Source: Nanobdellota archaeon (lineage in GTDB: Archaea; Nanobdellota; Nanobdellia; Pacearchaeales; GW2011-AR1). Taken from it: 64,000 nt of DNA. A program made the translations under genes and the position numbers. Positions 42,987-52,720 of this stretch are shown here, piece after piece (within the stretch, counting starts at the first letter, position 1; every line of letters starts with the position of its first letter). The notes under the pieces are model-generated. The model saw nothing but the letters and a program-made list of their open reading frames with translations. It was not told the origin of the DNA and did no database searches. The stretch is taken from NCBI GenBank assembly GCA_024654565.1, contig JANLHM010000006.1:64694-128693 (forward strand). Reading direction: 5' to 3'.

Positions 42987-43700
42987 ATGATAGATTTTAA
43001 TTCACTTGAAAGTGTTTTAGGGGCTGTAAGTGGAGGGGGGTACTTTTTTATTTTTGTCTTAATGATTTTTGCAGGAGTGGTAATCACAACTGTTGCAGCT
43101 TTTGCCGCTTCCTTGGGTTACATGAACTTTTTTGTGATAGTTTTGTTGTCTTTTCTTGCAGAGTGTTTTGCTTCAACATTGTTTTACTCCCTCGGGTATT
43201 TTGGAAGAAGAAGGTTGATTGGAGACAATGGAAGTTTCCTTGGAGTTAAGGTAAAATCTCTTTACAAACTTGAGAGCCATTTTGAGAGGCATTTCACAAA
43301 GACTTTTCTTTTTGTGAAAATGACCCCTTTTCTTTCTTTTCCCGGTTTAACTCTTGCAGGAGTGAGTCACGTCCCTCCTAGAAAATATTTTTCTCTAAGT
43401 TTTTCAATTGCAGTTCTAAAATCAATTGTTTTTAGTGTTGTTGGATTTCTCTTAGGTTTGGTTGCACGTTCATTTTTGGAAGACAAACCACTTGGAATAA
43501 CTATTTTTGTTCTTGTTATTTTGATGATTTTTTTGACTTGGCTTGGAAAACTCCTTCTTCAAAAGCTTTTGAAACAGGACTTGTCTTTAGATTCAATAAA
43601 ATTTTTTGGGTTCAATGTTTTTAGGATGGGGAGGAGAAGTGCTAACAGTATTAAAACCAGAGTAAAAAATTCAAGATTTGTAAATAAATTTAGGAAGTAA
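42987..43700 (+). CDS. DedA-like membrane protein
   Basis: GGGYFFIFVLMIFAGVV...FLAECFASTLFYSLGYFGRR. The internal ATG is preferred so that a divergent promoter gap remains (track start 42918). Confidence 0.45.
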   Translation: MIDFNSLESVLGAVSGGGYFFIFVLMIFAGVVITTVAAFAASLGYMNFFVIVLLSFLAECFASTLFYSLGYFGRRRLIGDNGSFLGVKVKSLYKLESHFERHFTKTFLFVKMTPFLSFPGLTLAGVSHVPPRKYFSLSFSIAVLKSIVFSVVGFLLGLVARSFLEDKPLGITIFVLVILMIFLTWLGKLLLQKLLKQDLSLDSIKFFGFNVFRMGRRSANSIKTRVKNSRFVNKFRK

Positions 43701-44783
43701 CTTTTCAGCAGTTTTTCTTCTTTTTTGGTGTAGGGCTAAAAACAAGTTTATTTTTTCAATAAGTATTTTTTTTACTTCTCCTGAAAGGAGTTTTCCTTTT
43801 CTATAGTCTTCATATATCTTTTCAAGTTTTTTGTCACTTTCTTCGAAGTATTTAAGCCACTGACAAGCTACATCTATTTCAACATTTCCCCCATATTTTC
43901 TTTGTTCTTCAGCGGTGTCCCTTCCTCCTGAAAAAGCATATTTGTTTATTTTCCTTTTTACTTCTTCATGTGAATCTGTCAAAAAAATTGCTGAATCAGG
44001 ATTGCTTGATGACATTTTACCTTCAGGTCCTGTTAGAGGAATCATAAACTTTGAATGTATTATTGCGGGTTTTTGGTGGCCCAATTTTTCAACTACATCC
44101 CGACTTAACCTAAAGTGAACATCTTGATCAATTCCAAGTGGGATTAAACAAGGTTTATTTTCATTTTTTAAGACATTTGGTAAAAACACGGGGACTGTTT
44201 GCATTGCTGTGTAAAAAATACTCCCAATGTTGTTTGAATCAGTAAACCCAAAAGCCGACTTTATTGAAGAAAATGTGATTTTCTTTGCAACTTTTATTGC
44301 TTCAGGATACATTATTCCTGCGTGTTTAGTGTCAACAAGAAAGTGCGTTTTTTTTGGGTCAAAACCAAGCGCAATTACATCAAGCATATTTTCATGTGTC
44401 CACTTTTGTATTTCGTCATAACTCATATTTTTATAAAGGAATTTTTCGTCGTCTGTGAACTGGAACCACAATTCAACATCAAACTTTTCCTGAAGCCATT
44501 TTGTAAAAAGCCATGTTGAAACGTGGCCTAAATGAATTGGACCTGAAGGGCCACACCCAGTATAAAGAAAAAATTTGTTTCCTTTTTTGTATTCTTCAAG
44601 GACTTTTTTAAGATCACGATATGCGAAAAATATTCCTCTTTTGAGATAAGGATGGATTTCCCCCGTGATGTTTTCAATCTCTTCAAGGACTTCAGGAGTT
44701 ATTTTGTTTACTCCAAATTCTTTTATTAATTTGTCATAATCAATTTTTCCCTCAACTTCATAAGGATTCACTTTAACATTCAT
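43671..44783 (-). CDS. trpS: Tryptophanyl-tRNA synthetase (archaeal/eukaryotic type)
   Basis: HIGH-type GCGPSGPIHLGH, FQFTDDEKFL and a KMSSS loop. Confidence 0.85.
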   Translation of the reverse strand: MNVKVNPYEVEGKIDYDKLIKEFGVNKITPEVLEEIENITGEIHPYLKRGIFFAYRDLKKVLEEYKKGNKFFLYTGCGPSGPIHLGHVSTWLFTKWLQEKFDVELWFQFTDDEKFLYKNMSYDEIQKWTHENMLDVIALGFDPKKTHFLVDTKHAGIMYPEAIKVAKKITFSSIKSAFGFTDSNNIGSIFYTAMQTVPVFLPNVLKNENKPCLIPLGIDQDVHFRLSRDVVEKLGHQKPAIIHSKFMIPLTGPEGKMSSSNPDSAIFLTDSHEEVKRKINKYAFSGGRDTAEEQRKYGGNVEIDVACQWLKYFEESDKKLEKIYEDYRKGKLLSGEVKKILIEKINLFLALHQKRRKTAEKLLPKFIYKS

Positions 44784-44893
44784 TTTTTAATCAAAGAAGA
44801 ATTGTATATAAAGATTTTGAAAGCGTTGGTTTCATCACCATACAATTTATAAATAATTTTCTCATTAGTTAAAGTAAAGAAAGTGGTGAAAAA

Positions 44894-46897
44894 ATGAGAA
44901 AAATTTTGATGGTGTTGGTTCTTGGAGTCTTTATGGTTTCTTTTTTGTCTGCAAGTGTTGTTTTCGATATCCAACCAAATGCGGTTTACAACATGGGCGA
45001 TAAAGCTGAAATCTCAATTAAAATTATTCCGGAGCCCGACTTTAATGAGGTTGTTTCAGTTTTTCTTGTCTGCGGTTCAAATGTTAATGAGGTATACAAA
45101 GAGTTTCTGTCTATAACGCAAGAAACTTCAAAAAGAATTACAATTCCGTTCTCTAGTTCACTGATTGGTCCCTCTTATGGGGGTTGTAGGTTTGACTTAA
45201 AAACGGGAAATTCATTAACAGTAAGTTCTCAAACTTTTGAAATAAGTAAATCCATTGAAATAAGCTTTTTAGACTGGGGGGGGACTTTTGACCCTGGAGC
45301 TTCTGTGAGTGTTACTGGTTCAGCTCTAAAAGAGAATGGGAAAAGTGCTAATGGGGTTTATGAAATAGAGTTAGGAAATTTATCTTTTTCAGGAGATGTT
45401 CTTAATGGAGAATTAAACATTCTCTTTACTCTTCCTGAAAACTTTCCTGCAGGAGAGCACAAAATAAACACAAGTGTTTTTGAAAAAGACGGGAAAGGAG
45501 AAATCTTAAACTCGGGATACAAAATTTCTTTTTTAAATGTAAAGCAAATTCCAAGAAGTATTGAGATAATCCTTTTTGAAAAAGAAGTTCTTCCAGGAAT
45601 GCCTATTGGAGGAAAGATTATTTTGCATGACCAGACTGGAAAAAGTATATTGAATGAAGAAGTATATATTGCAATAAAAAATAGCGAGGGAAAAATTATA
45701 GAAAAGATAATTTCAAAGACAGAAGAAGATTTTTCTTATGAAACTTTAAAAAATGAACTGCCATCTTCATTTTATATTTCAGTTTATTCGGGGGAAATAA
45801 TAAATCATGAAGAATTCAGAGTCCTTGAAAATAAAGAAATTTATTCAGAAATAGTTGAAAATCTTTTAGTTTTAACTAATGTTGGAAATGTTTTTTATAA
45901 TGACACTTTAGTCGTTTTAATAGGCGAAAAAAATGTGAGCATCCCCTTGTCTTTAGGGATTGGGCAAGTTGAAAAGTATAGATTAAGTGCTCCTGATGGA
46001 GATTATGAGGTTTCTGTTAATGGGGTTAAAAACAGTGTATTTCTTTCTGGAAGTGCAGTTGATGTCAAAAAAGTTTGGGAAAACTATTCTTTTAGTTTTT
46101 TAGGAGTAATAATTTGGCTTGTTGCTATTTCAATACTTTCATTTGGGGCATTTTCAATCTTTAAAAAAAGTCAAAATAGAACCGTCTTTGGAAGAGCAAG
46201 AAATCCCAAAGTAATTTCGAATGTAAACAGTGGAGTCAGAGGTGAAAAAATTCAAACTTTTAGCCGTGAAAATGTTGTTACTCCCTCCAAAAAACTTGAG
46301 CTTTCACTTTCCATAATTGGTTCAAAACAAACTGCAACTATTGGGTGCCTTTTTTTAAAAAATTACGAAAACCTTGTATCTGGGGAAGGGGGGGTAAAGG
46401 AAACTCTTTCAAAAGTATCAAATGTTATGGAAGAGAATAAAGGGCTTATTTATGCAAATAACAGTTACATTTTCTTTATACTTGCACCACAATTTACAAA
46501 GACGTTCAAAAATGAAAAGGAAGGGGTTGCAATTGCAGGAAAAATAAAAGAAATGTTAAAAGACCACAACAAAAAATTCAAACAAAAAATAGATTTTGGG
46601 ATTTCTTTAAATTCTGGGGAGATAATAATAAAAGCAGATAAAGAAAGTACAAAATTTATGAGTCTGGGAACTTTCATGGTTTCAGGGAAGAAACTTGCCT
46701 CTGCCTCAAATGGAGAAATTTTTATTTCTGAGCCATTTAAGAAAACGCTTGACGGGGTAAAGGGGGAGAGTGTTGAAGTTGGGGGATTAAAGGCTTACAA
46801 ACTTGATGGACTTGTTGACAAAAGTGTACACTCTACATTTATTAAGGGGTTTATTGCAAGACAAGAAAGAGACAAATCAAAAGAAAATTCCAAATAA
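44894..46897 (+). CDS. Single-pass surface protein: signal peptide, large extracellular region, TM helix, cytoplasmic domain resembling a degenerate class III cyclase-homology domain
   Basis: Signal peptide MRKILMVLVLGVFMVSFLSA and TM helix FLGVIIWLVAISILSFGAFSIF. The C-terminal ~200 aa (ATIGCLFLKNYENL...IDFGISLNSGEIIIK...MSLGTFMVSGKKLASASNGEIFISEPF) follows the cyclase-homology-domain (CHD) secondary pattern but lacks both metal-binding Asp residues. Confidence 0.45.
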   Translation: MRKILMVLVLGVFMVSFLSASVVFDIQPNAVYNMGDKAEISIKIIPEPDFNEVVSVFLVCGSNVNEVYKEFLSITQETSKRITIPFSSSLIGPSYGGCRFDLKTGNSLTVSSQTFEISKSIEISFLDWGGTFDPGASVSVTGSALKENGKSANGVYEIELGNLSFSGDVLNGELNILFTLPENFPAGEHKINTSVFEKDGKGEILNSGYKISFLNVKQIPRSIEIILFEKEVLPGMPIGGKIILHDQTGKSILNEEVYIAIKNSEGKIIEKIISKTEEDFSYETLKNELPSSFYISVYSGEIINHEEFRVLENKEIYSEIVENLLVLTNVGNVFYNDTLVVLIGEKNVSIPLSLGIGQVEKYRLSAPDGDYEVSVNGVKNSVFLSGSAVDVKKVWENYSFSFLGVIIWLVAISILSFGAFSIFKKSQNRTVFGRARNPKVISNVNSGVRGEKIQTFSRENVVTPSKKLELSLSIIGSKQTATIGCLFLKNYENLVSGEGGVKETLSKVSNVMEENKGLIYANNSYIFFILAPQFTKTFKNEKEGVAIAGKIKEMLKDHNKKFKQKIDFGISLNSGEIIIKADKESTKFMSLGTFMVSGKKLASASNGEIFISEPFKKTLDGVKGESVEVGGLKAYKLDGLVDKSVHSTFIKGFIARQERDKSKENSK

Positions 46898-46909
46898 AAA
46901 ATAATTTTT

Positions 46910-47779
46910 TTACATCCTTTTCAAAACTTCAATTCTTTTTTCAATGGGTGGGTGAGTTGAGCCCAAATCTTTAAAGGGGTTTGCAAAGAACAGGGGAGCA
47001 AGAGCTTTACTCACTTTTTTCTCAGGAGTGTTTTCTTTTTTTATTTTTTCAAGTGCTCCTATTAACCCATTTGGGTTTCTTGTAAAACGTACAGCTGTTG
47101 CGTCAGCGGTGTATTCCCTTTTTCTTGAAATTGAAAGTTGAACGAGTGAAACTACTATTGGTGCTAAAATTGCTAGGGCAATTCCTATTACTATAAAAAT
47201 TGCGGAATTTTTGTCATTTCCTCCTCTAAACCAAAGGCTTCTCAAAAAAATCTGAGAGATTATTGCAATCATTCCAACCATTACTGTTACAAGGGTAATG
47301 AACCTAATGTCATAGTTTGCGATGTGACCCATTTCGTGTGCAAGGACTGCCTCAAGTTCTCTTCTTTCAAGTTTTTCAAGGATACCCGTTGTCACGCATA
47401 TAACTGCGTTTTTTGGATTTCTTCCGCTTGCAAAAGCATTTATTGAAGGAGATTCCATGATGTAAATCCTTGGCATTGGAATCCCTGAAGCTATTGTTAA
47501 ACCTTCGACAAGTCGGTAGAGGTCTCGGTGTTTTATTTTATCTGCAAGTTTTGCCTGAACTGCACTTATTGCCATTTTGTCTGAGTTGTAATAACCAATC
47601 CAAGTATAAAGAAGAGAGACAATTATTGCAAGAATCATTATCACAAAGAAGTATCCAGGGTCAAATGCAAGCGAAATAACATATCCAAGTAAGACGATTA
47701 CTATTGAAATTGAGATCAAGAGAAATACTGAATTTCTTTTGTTTCTTGAAATTTGGTCTCTAAAGTCTATCCTTTCCAT
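46910..47779 (-). CDS. htpX: HtpX-family M48 zinc metalloprotease
   Basis: HEMGHI motif, TM helices, and a C-terminal STHPPIEKRI. Confidence 0.85.
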   Translation of the reverse strand: MERIDFRDQISRNKRNSVFLLISISIVIVLLGYVISLAFDPGYFFVIMILAIIVSLLYTWIGYYNSDKMAISAVQAKLADKIKHRDLYRLVEGLTIASGIPMPRIYIMESPSINAFASGRNPKNAVICVTTGILEKLERRELEAVLAHEMGHIANYDIRFITLVTVMVGMIAIISQIFLRSLWFRGGNDKNSAIFIVIGIALAILAPIVVSLVQLSISRKREYTADATAVRFTRNPNGLIGALEKIKKENTPEKKVSKALAPLFFANPFKDLGSTHPPIEKRIEVLKRM

Positions 47780-47817
47780 GAATTGGATTAAGAAAATGCT
47801 GTTTTTAAAATTAGGCT

Positions 47818-48132
47818 TTAATCTTTTAATTTTTCTATTGTTGAGTTGATTTTTGTTTTGTATCTTTCAATTTCATTTATTAACCTCTCAACAACTCCCG
47901 TTTCGGGGTTTGGAAAATATAAACAGTTATAGGTGTGTCTATGTAAGGTGTCACACGAAACCCTACAATATTTTTCGTAATAAGTTAAATTGGGGTCGGA
48001 CCCTGAAAATTGTTGTTTTATCTCGGCTAAGTCTTCCTCAGTTAAAACTTCTTTATCCAAGTGCTTACCCTTAAATTTATTATTAAACTCATCGACAGAC
48101 ATCTCTTCAATTTTTAGTTTGATTTTTTTCAT
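47818..48132 (-). CDS. Hypothetical protein
   Basis: ORF located between lemA and htpX. Confidence 0.4.
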   Translation of the reverse strand: MKKIKLKIEEMSVDEFNNKFKGKHLDKEVLTEEDLAEIKQQFSGSDPNLTYYEKYCRVSCDTLHRHTYNCLYFPNPETGVVERLINEIERYKTKINSTIEKLKD

Positions 48133-48166
48133 CTGGTCCTAGATTATTTTATGCCCTTAACAAAAA

Positions 48167-48715
48167 TTAAAAACTTACCTTTACGTTTTTCTTCTCTACC
48201 TCAGCAATTTGAAGATATTCTTTAACTTTTCTTCCGTACATTCCCGCAAAAACTGTTCCTGGGACTTTCTGAACCATGTTGTTGTAAGTTAATATTGAAT
48301 CGTTGTAGTTTTGTCTTGCGTATGCTACTCTGTCTTCAGTTGATGAAAGTTCCCTTTGAAGTTCAATAAAGTTTGTGTTTGCTTTTAAGTCTGGATAGTT
48401 TTCAGCTATTGCAAAAAGCCTTCCAAGAGCGCCTTCAAGGACATTATTTGCTTTAACCTTGCCAACAACATCTTTAGCAGATACCAAAGCTTTCCTTGCA
48501 TCGTTCACGTCTTTCATAATTGACTTTTCATGCTTTGCATATCCCTTAACTGTTTCAATAAGGTTGGGGATAAGGTCAGTCCTTCTTTTAAGCTGAACAT
48601 TGATTTGGGAGAGGGAGTTGTCTATTCTGTTAGAGAGAACAACAAACCTATTGTAATAGAAAATTGAGATTAGTAAAATGAATGCAACTACCGCGACAAT
48701 TATCACTGTTAACAT
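48167..48715 (-). CDS. lemA: LemA family protein
   Basis: N-terminal TM helix plus YNRFVVLSNRIDNSLSQINVQLKRRTDLIPNLIETVKGYAKHE, the typical LemA signature. The LemA-HtpX pairing is common. Confidence 0.8.
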   Translation of the reverse strand: MLTVIIVAVVAFILLISIFYYNRFVVLSNRIDNSLSQINVQLKRRTDLIPNLIETVKGYAKHEKSIMKDVNDARKALVSAKDVVGKVKANNVLEGALGRLFAIAENYPDLKANTNFIELQRELSSTEDRVAYARQNYNDSILTYNNMVQKVPGTVFAGMYGRKVKEYLQIAEVEKKNVKVSF

Positions 48716-48806
48716 ATTCTATATTTAGGAAATTTCATTTATAAATTTATTTGTGAAGTGAATTAAGAACAGATAATCTTAAAAAATATAGATATTTTTT
48801 TATTGA

Positions 48807-49172
48807 ATGAAGAAAACAATTGGTCAGGTTGGTTCGTTTCCTATTTCCAAGGCAGTTTTAATTGAAGGGGGTTCTATTATGGAAATTTCTGGCCAGATTG
48901 GGACAGACTCTTCTGGAAAATTATCTGAAGGGATTGAAAATCAGACTAAACAATCTTTAGAAAATGTAAAGAAAATTCTTGAAGAAGTTGGTTGGAATTT
49001 AGACAATATCGTTAAGGTAAGGGTGTATCTTGTTGATATGAAAGATTATGGTAAAGTGAATGAAGTTTATTCAAAATATTTTACTAAAGAGTTTCCTGCA
49101 CGTGTCGCTTTAGCGGTTAAAGAATTGCCTTTAGGAGCTTTAGTAGAAATAGAGTGTGTGGCATCTAAATAA
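48807..49172 (+). CDS. ridA: RidA/YjgF/TdcF family enamine/imine deaminase
   Basis: ISGQIG, VKVRVYL, and PARVALAVKELPLGALVEIE. Confidence 0.8.
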   Translation: MKKTIGQVGSFPISKAVLIEGGSIMEISGQIGTDSSGKLSEGIENQTKQSLENVKKILEEVGWNLDNIVKVRVYLVDMKDYGKVNEVYSKYFTKEFPARVALAVKELPLGALVEIECVASK

Positions 49173-49215
49173 TTTTCCTCAAAAACTTTATTAAGTATTT
49201 TTCCTTGGGTTAACA

Positions 49216-51357
49216 ATGAACAAAAAAATGGGGGAGATGGAAAACGAGGTTGAGAAGAGTACAGAATTTGTTAAGTGGTTTTCAAAAGCAGATAAAACTT
49301 CAACTTCTCTTACTGGTTTTAAGGGGTCTAAACTGGGTGAACTTTTCATACATAAGTTTCCGGTTCCAAACGGATTTGTTGTGACCTCGGAAGCATACAG
49401 AAATTTTCTTGATTCTTCAGGTCTCTTTGAGAAAATTAGTGCCTTACTTTCTAAAACTAATCTAGATGACATAAATTCTGTTGAAGAAGTTTCACCAAAA
49501 ATTAAGGAACTTATTTTGCATTCTGAACTCCCTGAAGAATTAAAGGAAGAAATTTTAGATTCTTATTCGGTTCTTGGTACAAATAAACTTGAAATTGAAA
49601 AAGGAAGCGCAAGGGATATCCTCAACAATGCTTCCGAACCTGTTTTTGTTGCAGTTAGAAGTAGTGTTTGTTTTAAGAGTGATAGAAAAATTAAAAGAAG
49701 GGAGCAGGATACCTATCTAAATGTAAAAGGGAATGAAGACGTTCTAGAACATGTGAAAAAAGTTTATGCTTCTCTCTTTAATCCAGAGACTATTAGTGGA
49801 GAGTTAAAAGTTTTAGGTTTTGAAAATTTTAAGATTTCAGTTATAATTCAAAAAATGGTTGATGGGGAGAAATCAGGTTCAGTCATTTCAAATGATTCTT
49901 CTCTAAACATAAGTCTTTCTGCGATATGGGGAATTGGTGAAGGGTTTAACCTTAAAGAAATTTTACCCGATGAATATGTCCTTTCTCGGGAACTCGAGAT
50001 ACTTGAGAAGAAAATTGGGGTGAAACCCGTTTATGTTGCAAGAGATTCTTCAGGCTCACTTAAGGCATTAAAATCAAGTGATGAGAGAAATAGCTCGCAG
50101 GTTTTAAGTGATTATGAAATGAAGAGGCTGGGCGACTTTGCTGAAAAAATAGAAACTCACTTTGGAAGTTGTCAAAAAATTGACTTTAGTGTGAGTGATT
50201 CAGAAATTTATATTTTAGACTCTGCTGACTTTAAAATTTCGAGTGGGGAAGATACGAACAACAGAATTAAGGAAGTTAAATCTAAAGAAGTTATTGAAAA
50301 AGAAGATCTTGAACGACAGCCTAAACCTGTTACAGTTGAAAAAGTTGAGAAGGTAACAAAAACAAAATTAAAACTTGTTCTTGAATCTCCCGATATGATT
50401 GAAGAGGGAGAAAAAACTGGACTTAAAAAAATTGGGATTTTAAAAATTGAGAAAACAATTCAAGAAAGTGGCAAGCATCCACTTTACTTTTTGAATTCAA
50501 ACAATTTAAATCAATATGAAAACCTTATTTATGACGGGATAAATCTGGTCTCTCAAAATTTTGAAGAAGTTTGGGTAAGAACGAGTGATTTTTTGACTAA
50601 TGAATTTTTAAAACTTGAAGGGGCTCCAAATTCTGAATTTATTGAAGAGAATCCACTTATCGGTTTACATGGGATTCGTTTTGGACTTAAATACCCTGGT
50701 ATTCTGGAAGCTGAACTACGTGCTTTCAAAAAAGTTTCTGGAAACACTCTTCTTGGAGTTTTAATCCCAAATATTATTTCAGTTAATGAACTCAAAGAAG
50801 TAAAAAAGGTTTTAAAAAAAATAAATTTTGAAAATTTGAAAGTTGGTGTTCTTATTGAAACTCCTGCTTCAATACAATTAATAAAAGACTTTTGTGCTGA
50901 AGGGGTTGACTCTTTTGTAATAAATATTGACCGGCTTTCAGAGAGCCTTCTTTCAATTGACACTTCAAACTCTGAAGTTAAGAAACTTTTAGATTATATG
51001 CACCCTTCAATAATATATCAAATTGAATATTTAATACGGGTTGCAAGGAGAAACAATGTTGAAACTAATATTTTTGGTAAGGGGGTAACAAACAAAGACT
51101 TTTTGGATTACATTCTTCAAAAAGGAATTAATTTTATCTCGGTTTTTCCTGAAAATGCAAAGAGTCTTTCGGACAAAATTTCTTCAATTGAAAATGATTT
51201 TTTAAAAATAAAAGATTCTGACCCCAGAAAATATGAAATGGAAAAAGTCAAGGGAGAATACATCAAAGAAGATCATGAGATAAAAAAATTTTCAAATAAA
51301 AATTTTGAAAATTCAAAAAAGAAGACTAAGGTTCCAGATACCCTTGGAATTTTTTAG
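49216..51357 (+). CDS. PEP-utilising enzyme homolog (PpsA/PPDK-like) with N-terminal ATP-grasp and C-terminal TIM-barrel domains but no phosphohistidine swivel domain
   Basis: N-terminal nucleotide-binding pattern GFKGSKLGELF...FPVPNGFVVTSEAYRNF. C-terminal IGILKIEKTI, PLIGLHGIRFG, VGVLIETPA and SFVINIDRLSESLL (compare GTNDLTQ). The 335-420 linker has no GG.TSHAAI-type motif. Confidence 0.6.
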   Translation: MNKKMGEMENEVEKSTEFVKWFSKADKTSTSLTGFKGSKLGELFIHKFPVPNGFVVTSEAYRNFLDSSGLFEKISALLSKTNLDDINSVEEVSPKIKELILHSELPEELKEEILDSYSVLGTNKLEIEKGSARDILNNASEPVFVAVRSSVCFKSDRKIKRREQDTYLNVKGNEDVLEHVKKVYASLFNPETISGELKVLGFENFKISVIIQKMVDGEKSGSVISNDSSLNISLSAIWGIGEGFNLKEILPDEYVLSRELEILEKKIGVKPVYVARDSSGSLKALKSSDERNSSQVLSDYEMKRLGDFAEKIETHFGSCQKIDFSVSDSEIYILDSADFKISSGEDTNNRIKEVKSKEVIEKEDLERQPKPVTVEKVEKVTKTKLKLVLESPDMIEEGEKTGLKKIGILKIEKTIQESGKHPLYFLNSNNLNQYENLIYDGINLVSQNFEEVWVRTSDFLTNEFLKLEGAPNSEFIEENPLIGLHGIRFGLKYPGILEAELRAFKKVSGNTLLGVLIPNIISVNELKEVKKVLKKINFENLKVGVLIETPASIQLIKDFCAEGVDSFVINIDRLSESLLSIDTSNSEVKKLLDYMHPSIIYQIEYLIRVARRNNVETNIFGKGVTNKDFLDYILQKGINFISVFPENAKSLSDKISSIENDFLKIKDSDPRKYEMEKVKGEYIKEDHEIKKFSNKNFENSKKKTKVPDTLGIF

Positions 51358-51452
51358 GTTAGAGTAAAAAAGAGAAAAGAAGGTAAAAAGCGAAAAAGAG
51401 AACATTTTTCTTCCTACAAAAATTTATAAATAACTTTATCCTCTTGTTAGTT

Positions 51453-51935
51453 ATGGTAAAAGGTGGGGTGAAAAGCAAGACTTCAAAACAAGAGTCTTAC
51501 AAAAGAAGTCTTTCTCATGCACGTGAAACAGAGAAACTTCTTGTTGAGAATTTTGTTTCACTTCAGAAGGTTCTTGTTAACCTTTCAGGTAAGTTTGATG
51601 ACTTAACAAGACAAATTTCCGAACTTCTGAAACTTTTTGAAGATTCTGCCAAAATAATTGTAAAGAACGAAATGGAAAAGAAAAAAGAGGACAAGGGAGA
51701 AAGAGAACTTCTTGACACCATGATTTCCGTTCTTGACCAAAATAAGGTGATTGCAAGAGGGTTAACTTTAATTTACGAATCAATGAATGGGGGAAGTTCC
51801 CCTCAAAAAATTCAGGTTATGCCCGAAAGGAAAGAGGAAACTCTTGAAAAAAGGAAATTAGTAAAAGAAGACAAAGATTATTCTTTTTCAAAGGCGGTTA
51901 GGCCTTCTCCTGGTCCATATCCTCCGAGAACATAA
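51453..51935 (+). CDS. Hypothetical protein
   Basis: ORF. The ATG at 51453 is preferred over the TTG at 51444. Confidence 0.4.
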   Translation: MVKGGVKSKTSKQESYKRSLSHARETEKLLVENFVSLQKVLVNLSGKFDDLTRQISELLKLFEDSAKIIVKNEMEKKKEDKGERELLDTMISVLDQNKVIARGLTLIYESMNGGSSPQKIQVMPERKEETLEKRKLVKEDKDYSFSKAVRPSPGPYPPRT

Positions 51936-51936
51936 A

Positions 51937-52683
51937 ATGCTAGAACATACATCTGATGAAGTAAGACTGAAAGCTTTGATTGGGGTTGTCAGAAATTTAA
52001 TAGAGAACTCAAGAAATACTGAGATATTTAGGCTTGATGAAATTATAAAAGAAAATTCTTTTTTACCTTCACGAAAAATTACAAAAGAGGAAATTCGAGA
52101 AAAAATAAAAGAAGAAGTTAAGGAAAAAATAAAGGAAGAAATTCAGGAAAAAATAGAAAAAGAGAACTCAATGAGGTTCGAAGGAGTAAAAGTTGAAGAA
52201 AAACTTTTCAGAACTTCTCCCCCTATTCAAAAAAAAGTTTTTCCAATTACGCAAGCTTCCCAACAAAATCGGCCTCCTGAATTCAAAGTAAAAAGGGTAT
52301 TAAAAATTCCAAAGGTGTCTTTTCCAAATTATTTGAGGTCTGTCAAGCCTGTTCCTTCAGAAAGAGCTTCTATTGACCTTGGAAAGTTAAACCCATTTAT
52401 AGAAGACCGCAATGTAACTTCTTTAGAGTCTGAAGGAGAGAATGAGCCCGTTTATGTTATGGGCTCGATGGGGAGAAAACCAACAAATTTAAGGCTTTCA
52501 AAAAGAGAGATAGATGAAGTAATAAATCGCTTTTCAGAGCAGTCACGAATCCCCAAGTCGCAGGGAATGTTTAAAGTTGCTGTGGGTAAACTTCTTTTAA
52601 CTGCAATGCTCTCAAATTCAGTTAGTTCAAGGTTTGTTATTGAGAAAATAAAAGGTGAAGAAATTCCCCAAAGACCATATTAA
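51937..52683 (+). CDS. Hypothetical protein; C-terminal part faintly resembles the N-domain of FlaI/VirB11-type secretion ATPases
   Basis: The segment PVYVMGSMGRKPTNLRLSKREIDEVINRFSEQSRIPKSQGMFKVAVGKL resembles a T2SSE_N-like pattern. No ATPase domain follows. Confidence 0.35.
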   Translation: MLEHTSDEVRLKALIGVVRNLIENSRNTEIFRLDEIIKENSFLPSRKITKEEIREKIKEEVKEKIKEEIQEKIEKENSMRFEGVKVEEKLFRTSPPIQKKVFPITQASQQNRPPEFKVKRVLKIPKVSFPNYLRSVKPVPSERASIDLGKLNPFIEDRNVTSLESEGENEPVYVMGSMGRKPTNLRLSKREIDEVINRFSEQSRIPKSQGMFKVAVGKLLLTAMLSNSVSSRFVIEKIKGEEIPQRPY

Positions 52684-52720
52684 AATCTTTTTTGTGAGTT
52701 AAAAATAAAAATTTCCTTTT

